Origin: Okeania sp.
GTDB lineage: Bacteria > Cyanobacteriota > Cyanobacteriia > Cyanobacteriales > Microcoleaceae
Reading direction: 5' to 3'
DNA length: 32,000 bases
NCBI RefSeq assembly: GCF_035285525.1
Contig: NZ_JAYKGW010000071.1
Location: forward strand, 1 to 32,000
Numbering within the stretch: position 1 is the stretch's first letter; the number at the start of each line of letters is the position of its first letter. The translations under genes were made by a program, and so were the position numbers. Below are positions 1 to 9,506 of this stretch, in pieces. The notes beneath the pieces are model-generated. The model saw only the letters and a program-made list of their open reading frames with translations, searched no databases and was not told the origin of the DNA.

Positions 1-119
1 TTCTGGGTCAATTGATTGCAGTAATGTGGCCACTAATTTTGATGATGATATTTTTGGCGTCATGGGTAATATTTTACCATACTAGCTGCACTTTTTCTCT
101 TCTTACCCCAATTTATTGA
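1..119 (+). CDS. 3' end of an upstream gene (hydrophobic C-terminal segment), truncated by the window edge
   Basis: Frame 3 is open from the window edge to TGA at 117-119. It reads LGQLIAVMWPLILMMIFLASWVIFYHTS..., which looks like a transmembrane segment. No start codon lies in the window. Confidence 0.3.
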   Translation, partial: LGQLIAVMWPLILMMIFLASWVIFYHTSCTFSLLTPIY

Positions 120-296
120 GCGGATACAATATTTAGTCGATCAAGTAATATGAATAATTTCCAACCTTGGGCTTTCCTGTTAGGCAGAATATTCCTCTGG
201 TATCCTTTGTCTAAACCCAAGCATGTTTTTAAGTCATATTACTTCTTCCTTCTTACTTCTTCCTTCTTCCTTCCTAACTTAATCTACTAAAAAAAT

Positions 297-1145
297 ATGA
301 AAACACAATGGGAAAATTTTATCCAAAATCTTGGTGAATGGCACGGTTCATTTACTAAAATTTCTGCCACAGGAGAAATACTAAAAGACACACCTAGTAT
401 TCTGATTTTAGAAAGTCTTGATGACCAGAATAAAACAGTACGTTTAACACTAAGTCGTTATAACTCTTTCACCAAAACTCCGGAGTCAAAAGTTGATGAA
501 TTAGTAACAGAATATCAGACTCTAGGTAGAAATCTTTTATTTTTTGAAAGTGGCGCTTTTTCTAAAGGAACAATACAAATAGCACCTTTTTCAATTAATG
601 GTGCTGAGTTTGGTTTAGTTACTAAAAATCGTCGTCTACGTTTAGTCGAATTATTTAACAAAGATGGTGATTTTGATTCATTAACATTAATTCGAGAAAA
701 ACAAGCTGGAATAGACACTCCTGAAAATCCTCCTTTAACAGTAGATGCTTTATTAGGAAAATGGCAGGGAGAAGCTATTACTATGTATCCCGATCTGCGA
801 GAACCGAATATTTATCCAACTCAAATGGAATTAAATATTGATAATACAGGTCGATTAGTTCAGGAAATTAATTTTGGTAATACTAATCCAAAAACTTTCA
901 CTTCTAGCGCTAAAATTGAAGGTTCAATTTTACACTTTGACCAAAGTTCTCAACCCGTAAAAGTCTTGTTACTTCCTGGTGGTGCATCTGCTACTTTTCC
1001 TGTCAAAATTGAGTTGAGAAAATCTTTATTTTTTGAACTTGGTTGGTTAGTTGAACCGGAACTTCGTCAACGAATTATTCGTAGTTATAATGACAAAGGA
1101 GAATGGGAAAGTTCAACCTTAGTTACTGAGCATAAAATTAGATAG
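297..1145 (+). CDS. DUF3598-family protein (conserved cyanobacterial/plant-lineage protein of unknown function)
   Basis: 282-aa ORF. The N-terminus MKTQWENFIQNLGEWHGSFTKIS...GEILKDTPSIL matches my memory of the DUF3598 family start. The antisense ORF 515..718 is a shadow. Confidence 0.7.
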   Translation: MKTQWENFIQNLGEWHGSFTKISATGEILKDTPSILILESLDDQNKTVRLTLSRYNSFTKTPESKVDELVTEYQTLGRNLLFFESGAFSKGTIQIAPFSINGAEFGLVTKNRRLRLVELFNKDGDFDSLTLIREKQAGIDTPENPPLTVDALLGKWQGEAITMYPDLREPNIYPTQMELNIDNTGRLVQEINFGNTNPKTFTSSAKIEGSILHFDQSSQPVKVLLLPGGASATFPVKIELRKSLFFELGWLVEPELRQRIIRSYNDKGEWESSTLVTEHKIR

Positions 1146-1808
1146 ATAATTTCTATAGCGCTGCACGCAGGGAACAGGGAACACAGAAGGTGGGAACAGG
1201 GAGACTGAATGGCCGATAATATAAGGTTTTAGCTATTGGACAGCTCCTGCAATTTGTAAATATACCAGCGCTCATTGCTATATTTTTTCAACTACTTCCT
1301 CTGTAACTCTCCTAAATCCTTACTCTTAACTACTCCCTACTCCCTAATTCATAGTTTGTAGAGGGTTTGAAGACCAAACCCCTAGGATATTGAATCATAT
1401 TAATACTATTGGATTTGATATTACAACCTATTTAGGATTGCTATAGGTCTTTTTTTGAGGTAGGAAATAGGTAGTAGGAAGTAGTTAAAAATCAAGATGA
1501 ATAGACAATTGTAGAAGAGAGAATTGTTGATAATAACCCCCCTTGATTTTTTTACCATTTTCACCTTTAAATACTCACTTTTTTTGCCTAAAAACCCTAT
1601 TTTTTTTTTATTGATAAATCATTTTAAATTTAATCAGCAAATCTAACTAATTTAACGAAGTTTAAAATTATTTTTCATAATTTAACTATGATAAAAAAAA
1701 TTATTATCACCGCTAACTTCACTTACTATAACAACTACATTTGATACATTTAATTTATCAGGTTAAAACATCTATAAAAGTTATAAACATTATGAATGCG
1801 AGCAAAAT

Positions 1809-1814
1809 AAGGAG
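1809..1814 (+). promoter_or_regulatory. Shine-Dalgarno-like AAGGAG, 8 nt upstream of the ATG at 1823
   Basis: AAGGAG read directly at 1809-1814, at canonical spacing from the start codon. Confidence 0.5.
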
Positions 1815-1822
1815 AAATAAAA

Positions 1823-2206
1823 ATGAAGAAAAGTCATCTGATTACCACTTTAATTTTAGGATGTGTGTTAGCTATTACAGGAATTGAACAAGCTAATAGT
1901 CAGACATCACGATTGCCCTACTGTTCCGCTGCTTCTAACCAAGGAGGTGCTTGGTGGACTTGGACTCAATCTAGTATTCCAGAATCTTGCTATACTGCTT
2001 ACTCTAAGTTAATTGGTTGGAACCAAAAAATTGATTGGCATTATAAAGGATATTACCGCTCTAATGGTTTAAATAAAGGAAAAATTTTGTGTAATCAAGG
2101 TAAGAGCGAAAAAAAGGTGATTGGTACTGGAAAAGACATCTTTGAAAATGGAATTAATATGGGTAATCAATTAGGATGGAAAGGATGTGTAATTATTGTT
2201 GAATAA
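1823..2206 (+). CDS. small secreted Cys/Trp-rich protein, unknown function
   Basis: 127-aa ORF with a good RBS. It has an N-terminal signal-peptide-like segment (MKKSHLITTLILGCVLAITGIEQANSQ), five Cys and a GGAWWTWTQ motif. I recognise no family. Confidence 0.6.
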   Translation: MKKSHLITTLILGCVLAITGIEQANSQTSRLPYCSAASNQGGAWWTWTQSSIPESCYTAYSKLIGWNQKIDWHYKGYYRSNGLNKGKILCNQGKSEKKVIGTGKDIFENGINMGNQLGWKGCVIIVE

Positions 2207-2330
2207 TAACTACATTAGCTGTGTCGGTCTAGTAATAGAATTAGGACAAGGAAACCTGGTTTATAGGAAAAAACCGGGTTTCTGAGTTCAGTAAAGAAGC
2301 AGCTATTATTTATCTATAGGAATACTAAAA

Positions 2331-3314
2331 ATGTCATTATCTATCAGAATAATTCTGATAATTACTACAACACTATATCAAGCGATCGCTGTCCAGATTG
2401 AAAATCAAAAACAACCCCCTGGTCAACTATTTGATATTGGCGGTTATCGTCTACATTTGTACACTGTAGGAGAAGGTAATCCCACAATTATTTTAGACCA
2501 TAGTTTAGGTGGAATAGAAGGGTATTTCCTAGTAGAAAAACTGGCAAAATTTGGGCGAGTATGTATTTATGATCGAGCTGGATATGGATGGAGTGAGCAT
2601 AGTCCTCATCCTAGAACTAGCAGTCAAATTGTAGAAGAATTAGATACCCTACTTACTCAAGCTGAAATTAAACCACCTTACATCTTAGTAGGAAATTCCT
2701 TTGGTAGTTATAATGTTAGATTATATGCTCATTATTTCCCTGAAAAAATTATGGGAATGGTACTCACAGATGGACTCCATGAGACAGGAATGCTGAAAAT
2801 GCCTATTCAATTACAAGCTTTGAAACTATTCTTTATGTCGGGCTTTGTTATGTCTACTTTCGGCTCAATATTAGGAATTATTCAGCTATTAAGAAAATGT
2901 GGAATATTTGAATTGATTAAACCTGAATTACGAGATTTTTCTCAAGAGTCTAGAAATTTAGTAAAACGTTCTTTTTGTCGTTCTAAACACTGGATTACAA
3001 TGTGTCGAGAAATGCTAAATCTAAATAATAGTGGAAATCAGGTTACTATTGCTAATCAATTTGGTTCAATGCCAATAGTTAGTATCAAAGCTAATTCTTT
3101 TTTTCAACCTTCTTGGTGGAGTTTTTTAACTCCTCTAAAAGCAGCTAACAACTTACGGGAGCAAATGCACAAAAATTTCTCTAATCTATCAACAAATTTT
3201 GTTCAACTTCAAGCTGATAAAAGTGGTCATTTTGTCTGGATAGACCAACCTGATGTAATTGTTGATGCTGTAAAAATTGTATTAGATAAATTATGTAATG
3301 AAGTCAGAAGTTAG
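2331..3314 (+). CDS. alpha/beta-fold hydrolase
   Basis: 327 aa. Nucleophile elbow GNSFGS (G-x-S-x-G), HSLGG oxyanion-type region and a C-terminal GHF segment providing the His. The N-terminus is hydrophobic. Confidence 0.8.
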   Translation: MSLSIRIILIITTTLYQAIAVQIENQKQPPGQLFDIGGYRLHLYTVGEGNPTIILDHSLGGIEGYFLVEKLAKFGRVCIYDRAGYGWSEHSPHPRTSSQIVEELDTLLTQAEIKPPYILVGNSFGSYNVRLYAHYFPEKIMGMVLTDGLHETGMLKMPIQLQALKLFFMSGFVMSTFGSILGIIQLLRKCGIFELIKPELRDFSQESRNLVKRSFCRSKHWITMCREMLNLNNSGNQVTIANQFGSMPIVSIKANSFFQPSWWSFLTPLKAANNLREQMHKNFSNLSTNFVQLQADKSGHFVWIDQPDVIVDAVKIVLDKLCNEVRS

Positions 3315-3420
3315 AAGTTATTTTTGTAACGGGAATCTCTGAAGTCCGCAGTTAAATTATTACTTTGTGGTTATGATAAAATTAGAAAAAATATTTAACT
3401 GATAACTTACCTACTCGCTC

Positions 3421-4002
3421 TTAAATTAAAGTGCATCTACGACTTAATGCCAATTTCAAAAGTGCTTTATATTTTTTATCCGTGATACTATAAGCTCCAA
3501 ATCTTTCCAGATGGGGATTATTCATCTGAGCATCAAAAAAAACAAACTCTCGTTCTCGGAGTCGCTCCACCAACTTTACCATCGCTACCTTCGAGCCTTC
3601 TGGAATATTGTAAAACATTGACTCCCCAATAAAACCCCCACCAATCACAATACCTAAAATTCCACCAGCAAGATCATCTCCTTGCCAAGTCTCAAAACTA
3701 TAAGCATATCCTACTTCATATAAAGCTTTATAAATTTGCTTCAGTTCCTGAGATATCCAAGTTGTTTCTCGATCTGCACAACCCTCAACCACAGCTTCAA
3801 AAGCTCGATTAATAGCAACGGTAAAACGATTTTGATTAATTACACGACGCAACGACCGTGGATAACGAAATCTTTCATCTAAAGGAATCAATGCCCGCTT
3901 ACGACTACCGTACCACCCCAAACTATTTTTCCCATCATTGGCCATGAGAAAGTAGCCTTGAGCATATCCTTGTATGATTGACTTAATATCATATTCTGTC
4001 AT
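3421..4002 (-). CDS. aat: leucyl/phenylalanyl-tRNA--protein transferase
   Basis: 193 aa. Aligns by eye with E. coli Aat: [27 protein letters not shown]...GESMF. Confidence 0.85.
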   Translation of the reverse strand: MTEYDIKSIIQGYAQGYFLMANDGKNSLGWYGSRKRALIPLDERFRYPRSLRRVINQNRFTVAINRAFEAVVEGCADRETTWISQELKQIYKALYEVGYAYSFETWQGDDLAGGILGIVIGGGFIGESMFYNIPEGSKVAMVKLVERLREREFVFFDAQMNNPHLERFGAYSITDKKYKALLKLALSRRCTLI

Positions 4003-4042
4003 GGGACTACCACTAACAATTTTTAATATAAACTTTAGAATT

Positions 4043-4372
4043 ATGGCTAAACCAATCCAAGCAATTACTTTACCAACAGCACAAAATCCCCAAGAAGAGG
4101 GCCAATGGTTGCAAGCTTCTCTACATAAATGGCTTAATCAAGAGTTTCTTCCCGAAAGAGTGAATGAAGATATTGCCAATAGGGCAGCCCAAATTTTTGT
4201 TCGCCATCGCATGGAAGGAGAAAATGATTTAGGCTCATTAGTAATTGCCATTGTTACAGAAATGCAGGCTTTTGACTTTTCCCAGAGCTTTTATGGAGAG
4301 TTTGCGATCGCCAATGCGGTTAGTGACTTACTATTAGATAGTCTGGGAATAGAGCGTTGTTGTGGACAATAG
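4043..4372 (+). CDS. conserved hypothetical protein
   Basis: The track ORF starts at 3974 and overlaps the aat start. The internal ATG at 4043 ([11 protein letters not shown]...) removes the overlap and is the more plausible start. The gene is divergent from aat. I am not confident of any family. Confidence 0.55.
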   Translation: MAKPIQAITLPTAQNPQEEGQWLQASLHKWLNQEFLPERVNEDIANRAAQIFVRHRMEGENDLGSLVIAIVTEMQAFDFSQSFYGEFAIANAVSDLLLDSLGIERCCGQ

Positions 4373-4467
4373 ATATCTCTGGAAAAGAGGGAGTAGGGAG
4401 TAGAGAGTAGAAATAAAAAAGAGAAAGAATTGATGATTTTTGTGGTGTGGCTAATGTTACTTTAAAT

Positions 4468-4569
4468 AGGACTTACACCGGAGAAACCCGGTTTCTAGGA
4501 GAAATCGTTGTTTTGAACAGTAATAATCTACGATCAACCGGGTTTCTGAGTTCGCCTGGCTTTAGTCCT
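4468..4569. mobile_element. MITE-like element, AGGACTTAC / AAACCGGGTTT family
   Basis: Terminal inverted repeats AGGACTTAC...TTTAGTCCT. Internal GAAACCCGGTTTC and AACCGGGTTTC motifs are shared with copies at 5249, 17533, 20084, 29395, 29481 and 31085. Confidence 0.6.
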
Positions 4570-4662
4570 GTTTAATTATTAGTAAGTAGTTTCTTTCTAC
4601 CCTTCCCACACTTCTAACCCTTCTCCCCCACTGCCTACTCCCCAACTCCCCACATTTCTCCT

Positions 4663-4965
4663 CTACCAGCTAGACTTCACAACTCCTGGCAATAAACCTT
4701 CATGGGCCATTTCTCGGATAACATTACGAGATAGTCCAAAATCCCGATAATACCCTCTAGGCCGTCCAGTTAACCAACAACGATTCCTCACACGGTTAGG
4801 AGCGCTATTACGAGGTAATCTCTGAAGTTTACGATGGAGTTCTATTTTCTCCTCTAAATCTTCTGCCTCCATGAATTGCTGTTTTAGTTCTTCACGTTTT
4901 TCAGCATATTTTTCTACTAATCTTTTGCGTTTTTTCTCACGCTCGATCATGCTTTTTTTAGCCAT
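4663..4965 (-). CDS. rpsN: 30S ribosomal protein S14
   Basis: 100 aa, from [20 protein letters not shown] to [41 protein letters not shown]. This is the canonical long-form S14. Confidence 0.95.
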   Translation of the reverse strand: MAKKSMIEREKKRKRLVEKYAEKREELKQQFMEAEDLEEKIELHRKLQRLPRNSAPNRVRNRCWLTGRPRGYYRDFGLSRNVIREMAHEGLLPGVVKSSW

Positions 4966-5248
4966 GATTAATTATTTTATTCCTCCAAAGTAGATAAATA
5001 TAGCAGTTCTTTAAATCAATCAGGTACTGTTTTATATCCCCTCTCTCTGCCCCCTTTGTCAGGAGGGGAAGCCTTGAAAACCCATCTTTCTCAGTGGAAA
5101 GCCTTCAAAGTCTCCCTGAGAAAGGGATACTATAAATACACTTCATAACTGTGGGAATTGCTATAGTTGGTATCTTTAATTTTAAGTTATTTGACCAATC
5201 TCATAGGATACCACAAATCTCAATATAAATCAAACTTTTATCAACTAT

Positions 5249-5348
5249 AGGAATTACACAAAACCGGGTTAATCGACGAAATTTCCTGGTTTAAACAATA
5301 ATATTAGGTCAATAAACCCAGTTTCTTGGTCGCGCGTGCGTAAGTCCT
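5249..5348. mobile_element. MITE-like element, AGGACTTAC / AAACCGGGTT family
   Basis: AGGAATTAC...GCGTAAGTCCT termini with an internal AAACCGGGTT...TTTCCTGGTTTAAACAA core, as in the copy at 17533-17633. Confidence 0.6.
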
Positions 5349-5388
5349 GAATCATTTATTGATAATTAAATATAGTTTTCATTATCAA

Positions 5389-6060
5389 TTATCCATTATC
5401 CATTAATAAATTTGCTACAGAAGGACATAAATCACTCAATAGACATTTATCACAAGCAGGATTTTTAGCTTTACAGATTGCCCGACCATGATAAATTAAT
5501 CTAATAGACCAATTTTCCCAATCAGGCTGAGGTATCAATTGCATTAAATCTTGCTCAATTTTAATTGGGTCAGAATGTTGGGTTAAACCCAACCTTTGAC
5601 TCAACCTTTTAACGTGGGTATCTACCGTCACCCCAACAATAATTCCGTAGGCATGAGCTAAGACAACATTAGCTGTTTTTCTTGCTACTCCAGGTAATTT
5701 CACAAGTTCTTCCATTTGCTTGGGAACTTGAGAATTGAACTTATCAATAATCATTTGGCAAGCAGCTTTTATATTTTTAGCTTTATTGCGGTAAAATCCT
5801 GTGGAACGGACTAAATTTTCTAGTTCTTCAATATCTACATTTGCCAGCGCTAAAGCATTCGGGAATTTTGCAAATAGAGCGGGTGTTACTTTATTGACTC
5901 GTTCATCAGTACATTGAGCAGAAAGAATAGTAGCTACAAGTAATTGAACGGGGGTTTCATAAGTCAGAGTACAAGTAGCATCTGGATAGAGATACTTCAG
6001 ACGCAGAAGTAACTCTCGCGATCGCTGTCGCGTCAGTGAAAATTTACGAGTTATCACCAT
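5389..6060 (-). CDS. nth: endonuclease III (DNA-(apurinic/apyrimidinic site) lyase)
   Basis: 223 aa. HhH-GPD region (LPGVARKTANVVL) and a C-terminal 4Fe-4S ligand pattern, CKAKNPACDKCLLSDLC (C-x6-C-x2-C-x5-C). Confidence 0.9.
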   Translation of the reverse strand: MVITRKFSLTRQRSRELLLRLKYLYPDATCTLTYETPVQLLVATILSAQCTDERVNKVTPALFAKFPNALALANVDIEELENLVRSTGFYRNKAKNIKAACQMIIDKFNSQVPKQMEELVKLPGVARKTANVVLAHAYGIIVGVTVDTHVKRLSQRLGLTQHSDPIKIEQDLMQLIPQPDWENWSIRLIYHGRAICKAKNPACDKCLLSDLCPSVANLLMDNG

Positions 6061-6100
6061 TTTTAAGAAAGAAGAAAGAAGAAGGAAGAAGGAACACTTA

Positions 6101-6455
6101 GGGGCGGGTTTATGTACACCTTAGAGTAACCATGAAAATTTCTGCTCAAACCTGCCCCTACCCCATGCACCATTTTTTGTAGGGGCGGGTTTCATTATTA
6201 AGTTAACGAGTCTTCACCGATAACTAGGCTAAACCCGCCCCCTATAATACCACGCACTCTCTAACGGGGCGGGTTTATGTACACCTTAGAGTAACCATGG
6301 AAATTTCTGCTCAAACCTGCCCCTACCCTATGCACCATTTTTTGTAGGGGCGGGTTACGGTTCCCGAAAAATCATAACGAAAGTTAAGGAGTATTCACCG
6401 ATAAGTAGGTTAAACTCTCCCCCATAATACCACTCACCCTCTAACGGGGCAGGTT
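6101..6455. repeat. cluster of GGGGCGGGTTT...AAACCCGCCCC hairpin elements, present as a ~165-180 bp tandem duplication
   Basis: Composite units start at 6101 and 6266, and a partial third starts at 6446. Each unit holds two small elements bounded by inverted GGGGCGGGTTT / AAACC(C/T)GCCCC termini. Confidence 0.8.
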
Positions 6456-6672
6456 GATAATAATTAACAATTAATAATTAATAATTACCTCTAGTTACAA
6501 CTAAGAGATAGTAGACAAGGAGTGGAAATTTGATTTCATTACTCATTATTCATTAATTTCTAACCCGCCCCGCACCATTTAAGGTGTGTCGGTCTACTAC
6601 AGTTATTTCAGTTATCAGTAAAAATTACTTTTGACTGTTGAATGCATGACTTTTGACTTGAAGTTTCCCAAC

Positions 6673-7767
6673 TTATCTCTGAAAAATAGAACGCACCCCT
6701 TCCAAATTAGCGGTATCCCGAATAATCAGGAACACCCCTAAACCTAATAACAATACCAAACCTGTCTGCATGACATTTTCTTGAACCCGAAGTGGTAATG
6801 GTTTACCCCTAACACCCTCGATCGCTAAAAATGCTAACTGACCACCATCTAAAGCGGGCAATGGCAAAATATTAATCACTGCCAAATTAATACTAATTAA
6901 TGCAGCAAACCTAAATAGTTCAGTCACATTATTCTCAGCAATTTTTGCTCCCATGTCTACAATAGCTACAGGTCCTGCTAATTTCCCTGCGGTCTGACCG
7001 AAATTAGTAATAAGCTGCCAAAAACCCTGAAGTGTTAAGAAAACAATTTTTTGAAATTCTTCAGCACCAATACTCAAAGCTTCAAATATATTACTAGGAC
7101 GATTTATGACTACTTCTCCATTGGAAATTAATTGCACACCGATGCGACCTTTGCCATCATCTCCTAATTCTGGTGTTACTTCCAGAAATAAATTTCTCCC
7201 ATCACGCTGAATTTTCATGCTCAAAGTTTTATTAGCATTATTTTGAATGGTTGTGACTAAAGTGCTAATAGCTTCTTGGTTAGCGCCTAATTGTTTGTTT
7301 CCCACCGACAAAATAATATCATTGGCTTTAATACCTGCTTCAGCAGCAGCAGAACTAACATTTGTCGCAACTTCTGGAACTTTGATACCAGGAGCGTAGT
7401 TAAAATCTGCTACACCAACAATACCTACTTGAGCAACTAACAAAAAATAAGCAAAGATGAGGTTCGCAATGACTCCAGCACTGAGAACGATCGCTCGGTC
7501 TAGAATGGGGCGGTTCCGTAATAGATCTGGATCGTTTTTAGGAATTGTGCTATCTGGGTCATCATCAGGAAAACCGACAAAACCCCCCAAGGGAAAACCT
7601 CGAAGTGCATATTCAGTTTGTGGCCCTTGGTATTTCCAAATTATCGGGCCAAAGCCGATGGAAAAACGGTTCACATGGATATTTTGGAGTCGAGCTGCCA
7701 TAAAGTGGCCTAACTCGTGAACTACAATCAACATACCTAAAACTGCGATCGCTAAAAATACGGACAT
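6673..7767 (-). CDS. rseP: RIP (site-2) zinc metalloprotease, RseP family
   Basis: 364 aa. HELGH zinc motif at the N-terminus, a central PDZ-like segment, multiple TM segments and an LPALDGG motif near the C-terminus. Confidence 0.85.
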   Translation of the reverse strand: MSVFLAIAVLGMLIVVHELGHFMAARLQNIHVNRFSIGFGPIIWKYQGPQTEYALRGFPLGGFVGFPDDDPDSTIPKNDPDLLRNRPILDRAIVLSAGVIANLIFAYFLLVAQVGIVGVADFNYAPGIKVPEVATNVSSAAAEAGIKANDIILSVGNKQLGANQEAISTLVTTIQNNANKTLSMKIQRDGRNLFLEVTPELGDDGKGRIGVQLISNGEVVINRPSNIFEALSIGAEEFQKIVFLTLQGFWQLITNFGQTAGKLAGPVAIVDMGAKIAENNVTELFRFAALISINLAVINILPLPALDGGQLAFLAIEGVRGKPLPLRVQENVMQTGLVLLLGLGVFLIIRDTANLEGVRSIFQR

Positions 7768-7925
7768 AAGTTGTTCCTATTAAATTTCCTATTATAAACA
7801 GTCAAATTTCTATTATAAATCAATTTTTATCAAATATAGCAATTCTATTTGATTCGTGTTAGGTATGGAGGGAATAGGGAACAGGGAACAGGGAACAGGT
7901 TTAGGCGCATCATTGAGCAAAAAAA

Positions 7926-9116
7926 TTACTCCCCTACTCCCCTACTCCTTTTTTGACCTAACAATAATGAACCTGGCATTGCTTTTTTAATCCAATCTGT
8001 AATTAAGATTTGTTCGCGATCGCATGACTCAACTACTTCACCATTTAAGTTCCGAAATACTATTTCTGTTGGAATTTCTATTTCTTCCCCAGTGGGTACA
8101 ATAATTTTCTCTATTTGAGCAATGGTAAAAGGTCGCAAACTTTGAAATACAACATAATTTCCACTTTCTCCAGCTAAAACCTCAGCTAAACCTATTTCTT
8201 GTCGATATGCAGCTAACTTATGTTTAGACTTCATTCGAGAAAATATAGAGGTAGTGCGGTTAGCATTGAAAAAAGGTGATCGTGTTGGTCTCGCCCAGTT
8301 TTTCCGCAAAGAAACAGGGTCAGTTAAAATTTGAGAACAAATTTTGTCAATATCTACTGCCACATCACCATCTTTTCCCAAATGTCGTAAGTCTAAACAG
8401 ACTGTATCTAAACCAGCCCTTTGTAAACCTTCCAGTTTATCCAAAATAAATTGATCTTTATCCAAAAACATAAATGTTCCGTGCGCTGTTTCCCAAGTTG
8501 GGAAAGGTCGGTTATTGCTATCCTCCGATGACACAGTAGTTTGCAAAGGAAATTTTGCTTCTGAATCAGAGTCTAATAAATGTGGAGACAATAGGGAACG
8601 TGGGGAATAAAACAACAAAATTTGCCCTACTCCCAAAACTTCGCAAGCAACAGGAAGTGTTTGACAATATTCAATTAATTTTTGTTCTGGCAGTTCGATA
8701 GATAAAATCAAACGTTCCAAAGAATCAGCAAAAATCTCACACCAACCCCGCAACCCTTCTATATTGTGATTACCTGTTTCTACAATTAACTGTAGTGGTA
8801 TATGAGGATGATGAATTTTCAACCACCAAGCTGCTCCTGGGTCAGCAACTCGCACTGCTGCAAATTTGCTCATATCCCACTGAGTCAGTTGTTCACAAAT
8901 TTGGTTCATAACTTGTTCTGGCATCAAAATATCCCACACTAAGACTGGACGCAAACCATATTCTGTGGCGGTTGATGCTAATGAGTGTGTTTGTGGTGGC
9001 GAGAGTTGTCCTTGTTTGGCAAGGAGAGTTGGTTGTACTAAAACTTCTTGTAAGTTAGGAGCGCTGACGCACCTGTTTAAATCATTGATGGATGAGACAA
9101 AAGTGTTAAATTGCAT
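7926..9116 (-). CDS. conserved protein, probably a U32-family peptidase-like protein
   Basis: 396-aa ORF. By-eye pattern resemblance to U32 peptidases (VLVWDILMPE..., AAVRVADPGA, LQLIVETGNHN, ERLILSIELP, EVLGVGQILLFYSPRSLL). The classic U32 Cys signature was not seen. The last codons (GVGE-stop) are encoded by a GGAGTAGG short tandem repeat. Confidence 0.5.
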   Translation of the reverse strand: MQFNTFVSSINDLNRCVSAPNLQEVLVQPTLLAKQGQLSPPQTHSLASTATEYGLRPVLVWDILMPEQVMNQICEQLTQWDMSKFAAVRVADPGAAWWLKIHHPHIPLQLIVETGNHNIEGLRGWCEIFADSLERLILSIELPEQKLIEYCQTLPVACEVLGVGQILLFYSPRSLLSPHLLDSDSEAKFPLQTTVSSEDSNNRPFPTWETAHGTFMFLDKDQFILDKLEGLQRAGLDTVCLDLRHLGKDGDVAVDIDKICSQILTDPVSLRKNWARPTRSPFFNANRTTSIFSRMKSKHKLAAYRQEIGLAEVLAGESGNYVVFQSLRPFTIAQIEKIIVPTGEEIEIPTEIVFRNLNGEVVESCDREQILITDWIKKAMPGSLLLGQKRSRGVGE

Positions 9117-9128
9117 TATATCCTAACT

Positions 9129-9212
9129 ACTGCGTAAGTCCTGATTTTATCTCTTTACCAAGACTTACGCAGGGGAACCCAGAAAGTCGGTTTTTTTTTG
9201 CGTAAGTCCCGA
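9129..9212. mobile_element. GCGTAAGTCC-type MITE fragments (one solo end plus a ~50 bp mini-element)
   Basis: Three GTAAGTCC/GGACTTAC-type motifs at about 9132, 9161 and 9200. The element abuts and truncates the Rpn-like pseudogene. Confidence 0.5.
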
Positions 9213-9224
9213 TCTATATATTAT

Positions 9225-9444
9225 ATAGATTTTCTCCTCTTTCTGAAATTGTACCTCCGTAAAATAAATTGGTTGGTCAATATCTTGAGGTAAAAATACC
9301 CCATCTATTCTAAAGGCGGTCTGTTTTAATTCTACCGAATCAAAAGGATAATCATTGAGTTTTTTTTGGTACTTCTCCCCACAAAGAAAAGAAGGTTTCG
9401 GGTAAGTCTTGGAAAATTCGAGCAAATATATGGTCGGTTTTCAT
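9225..9444 (-). pseudogene. Rpn/DUF2887-like (PD-(D/E)XK recombination-promoting nuclease / putative transposase) pseudogene
   Basis: ATG at 9444 gives MKTDHIFARIFQDLPETFFSLWGEVPKKTQ-stop. The family continues in another frame (the track ORF 9165..9425: ...YPFDSVELKQTAFRIDGVFLPQDIDQPIYFTEVQFQKEEKIY) after a frameshift in an A8 run near 9360-9367. It then runs into MITE sequence and is truncated. Confidence 0.7.
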
Positions 9445-9506
9445 TTGATCTAAGGATTAATTATTAACCTCTATTTCTTCATTTCTTCATCAAGATGCAA
9501 GGGGTT

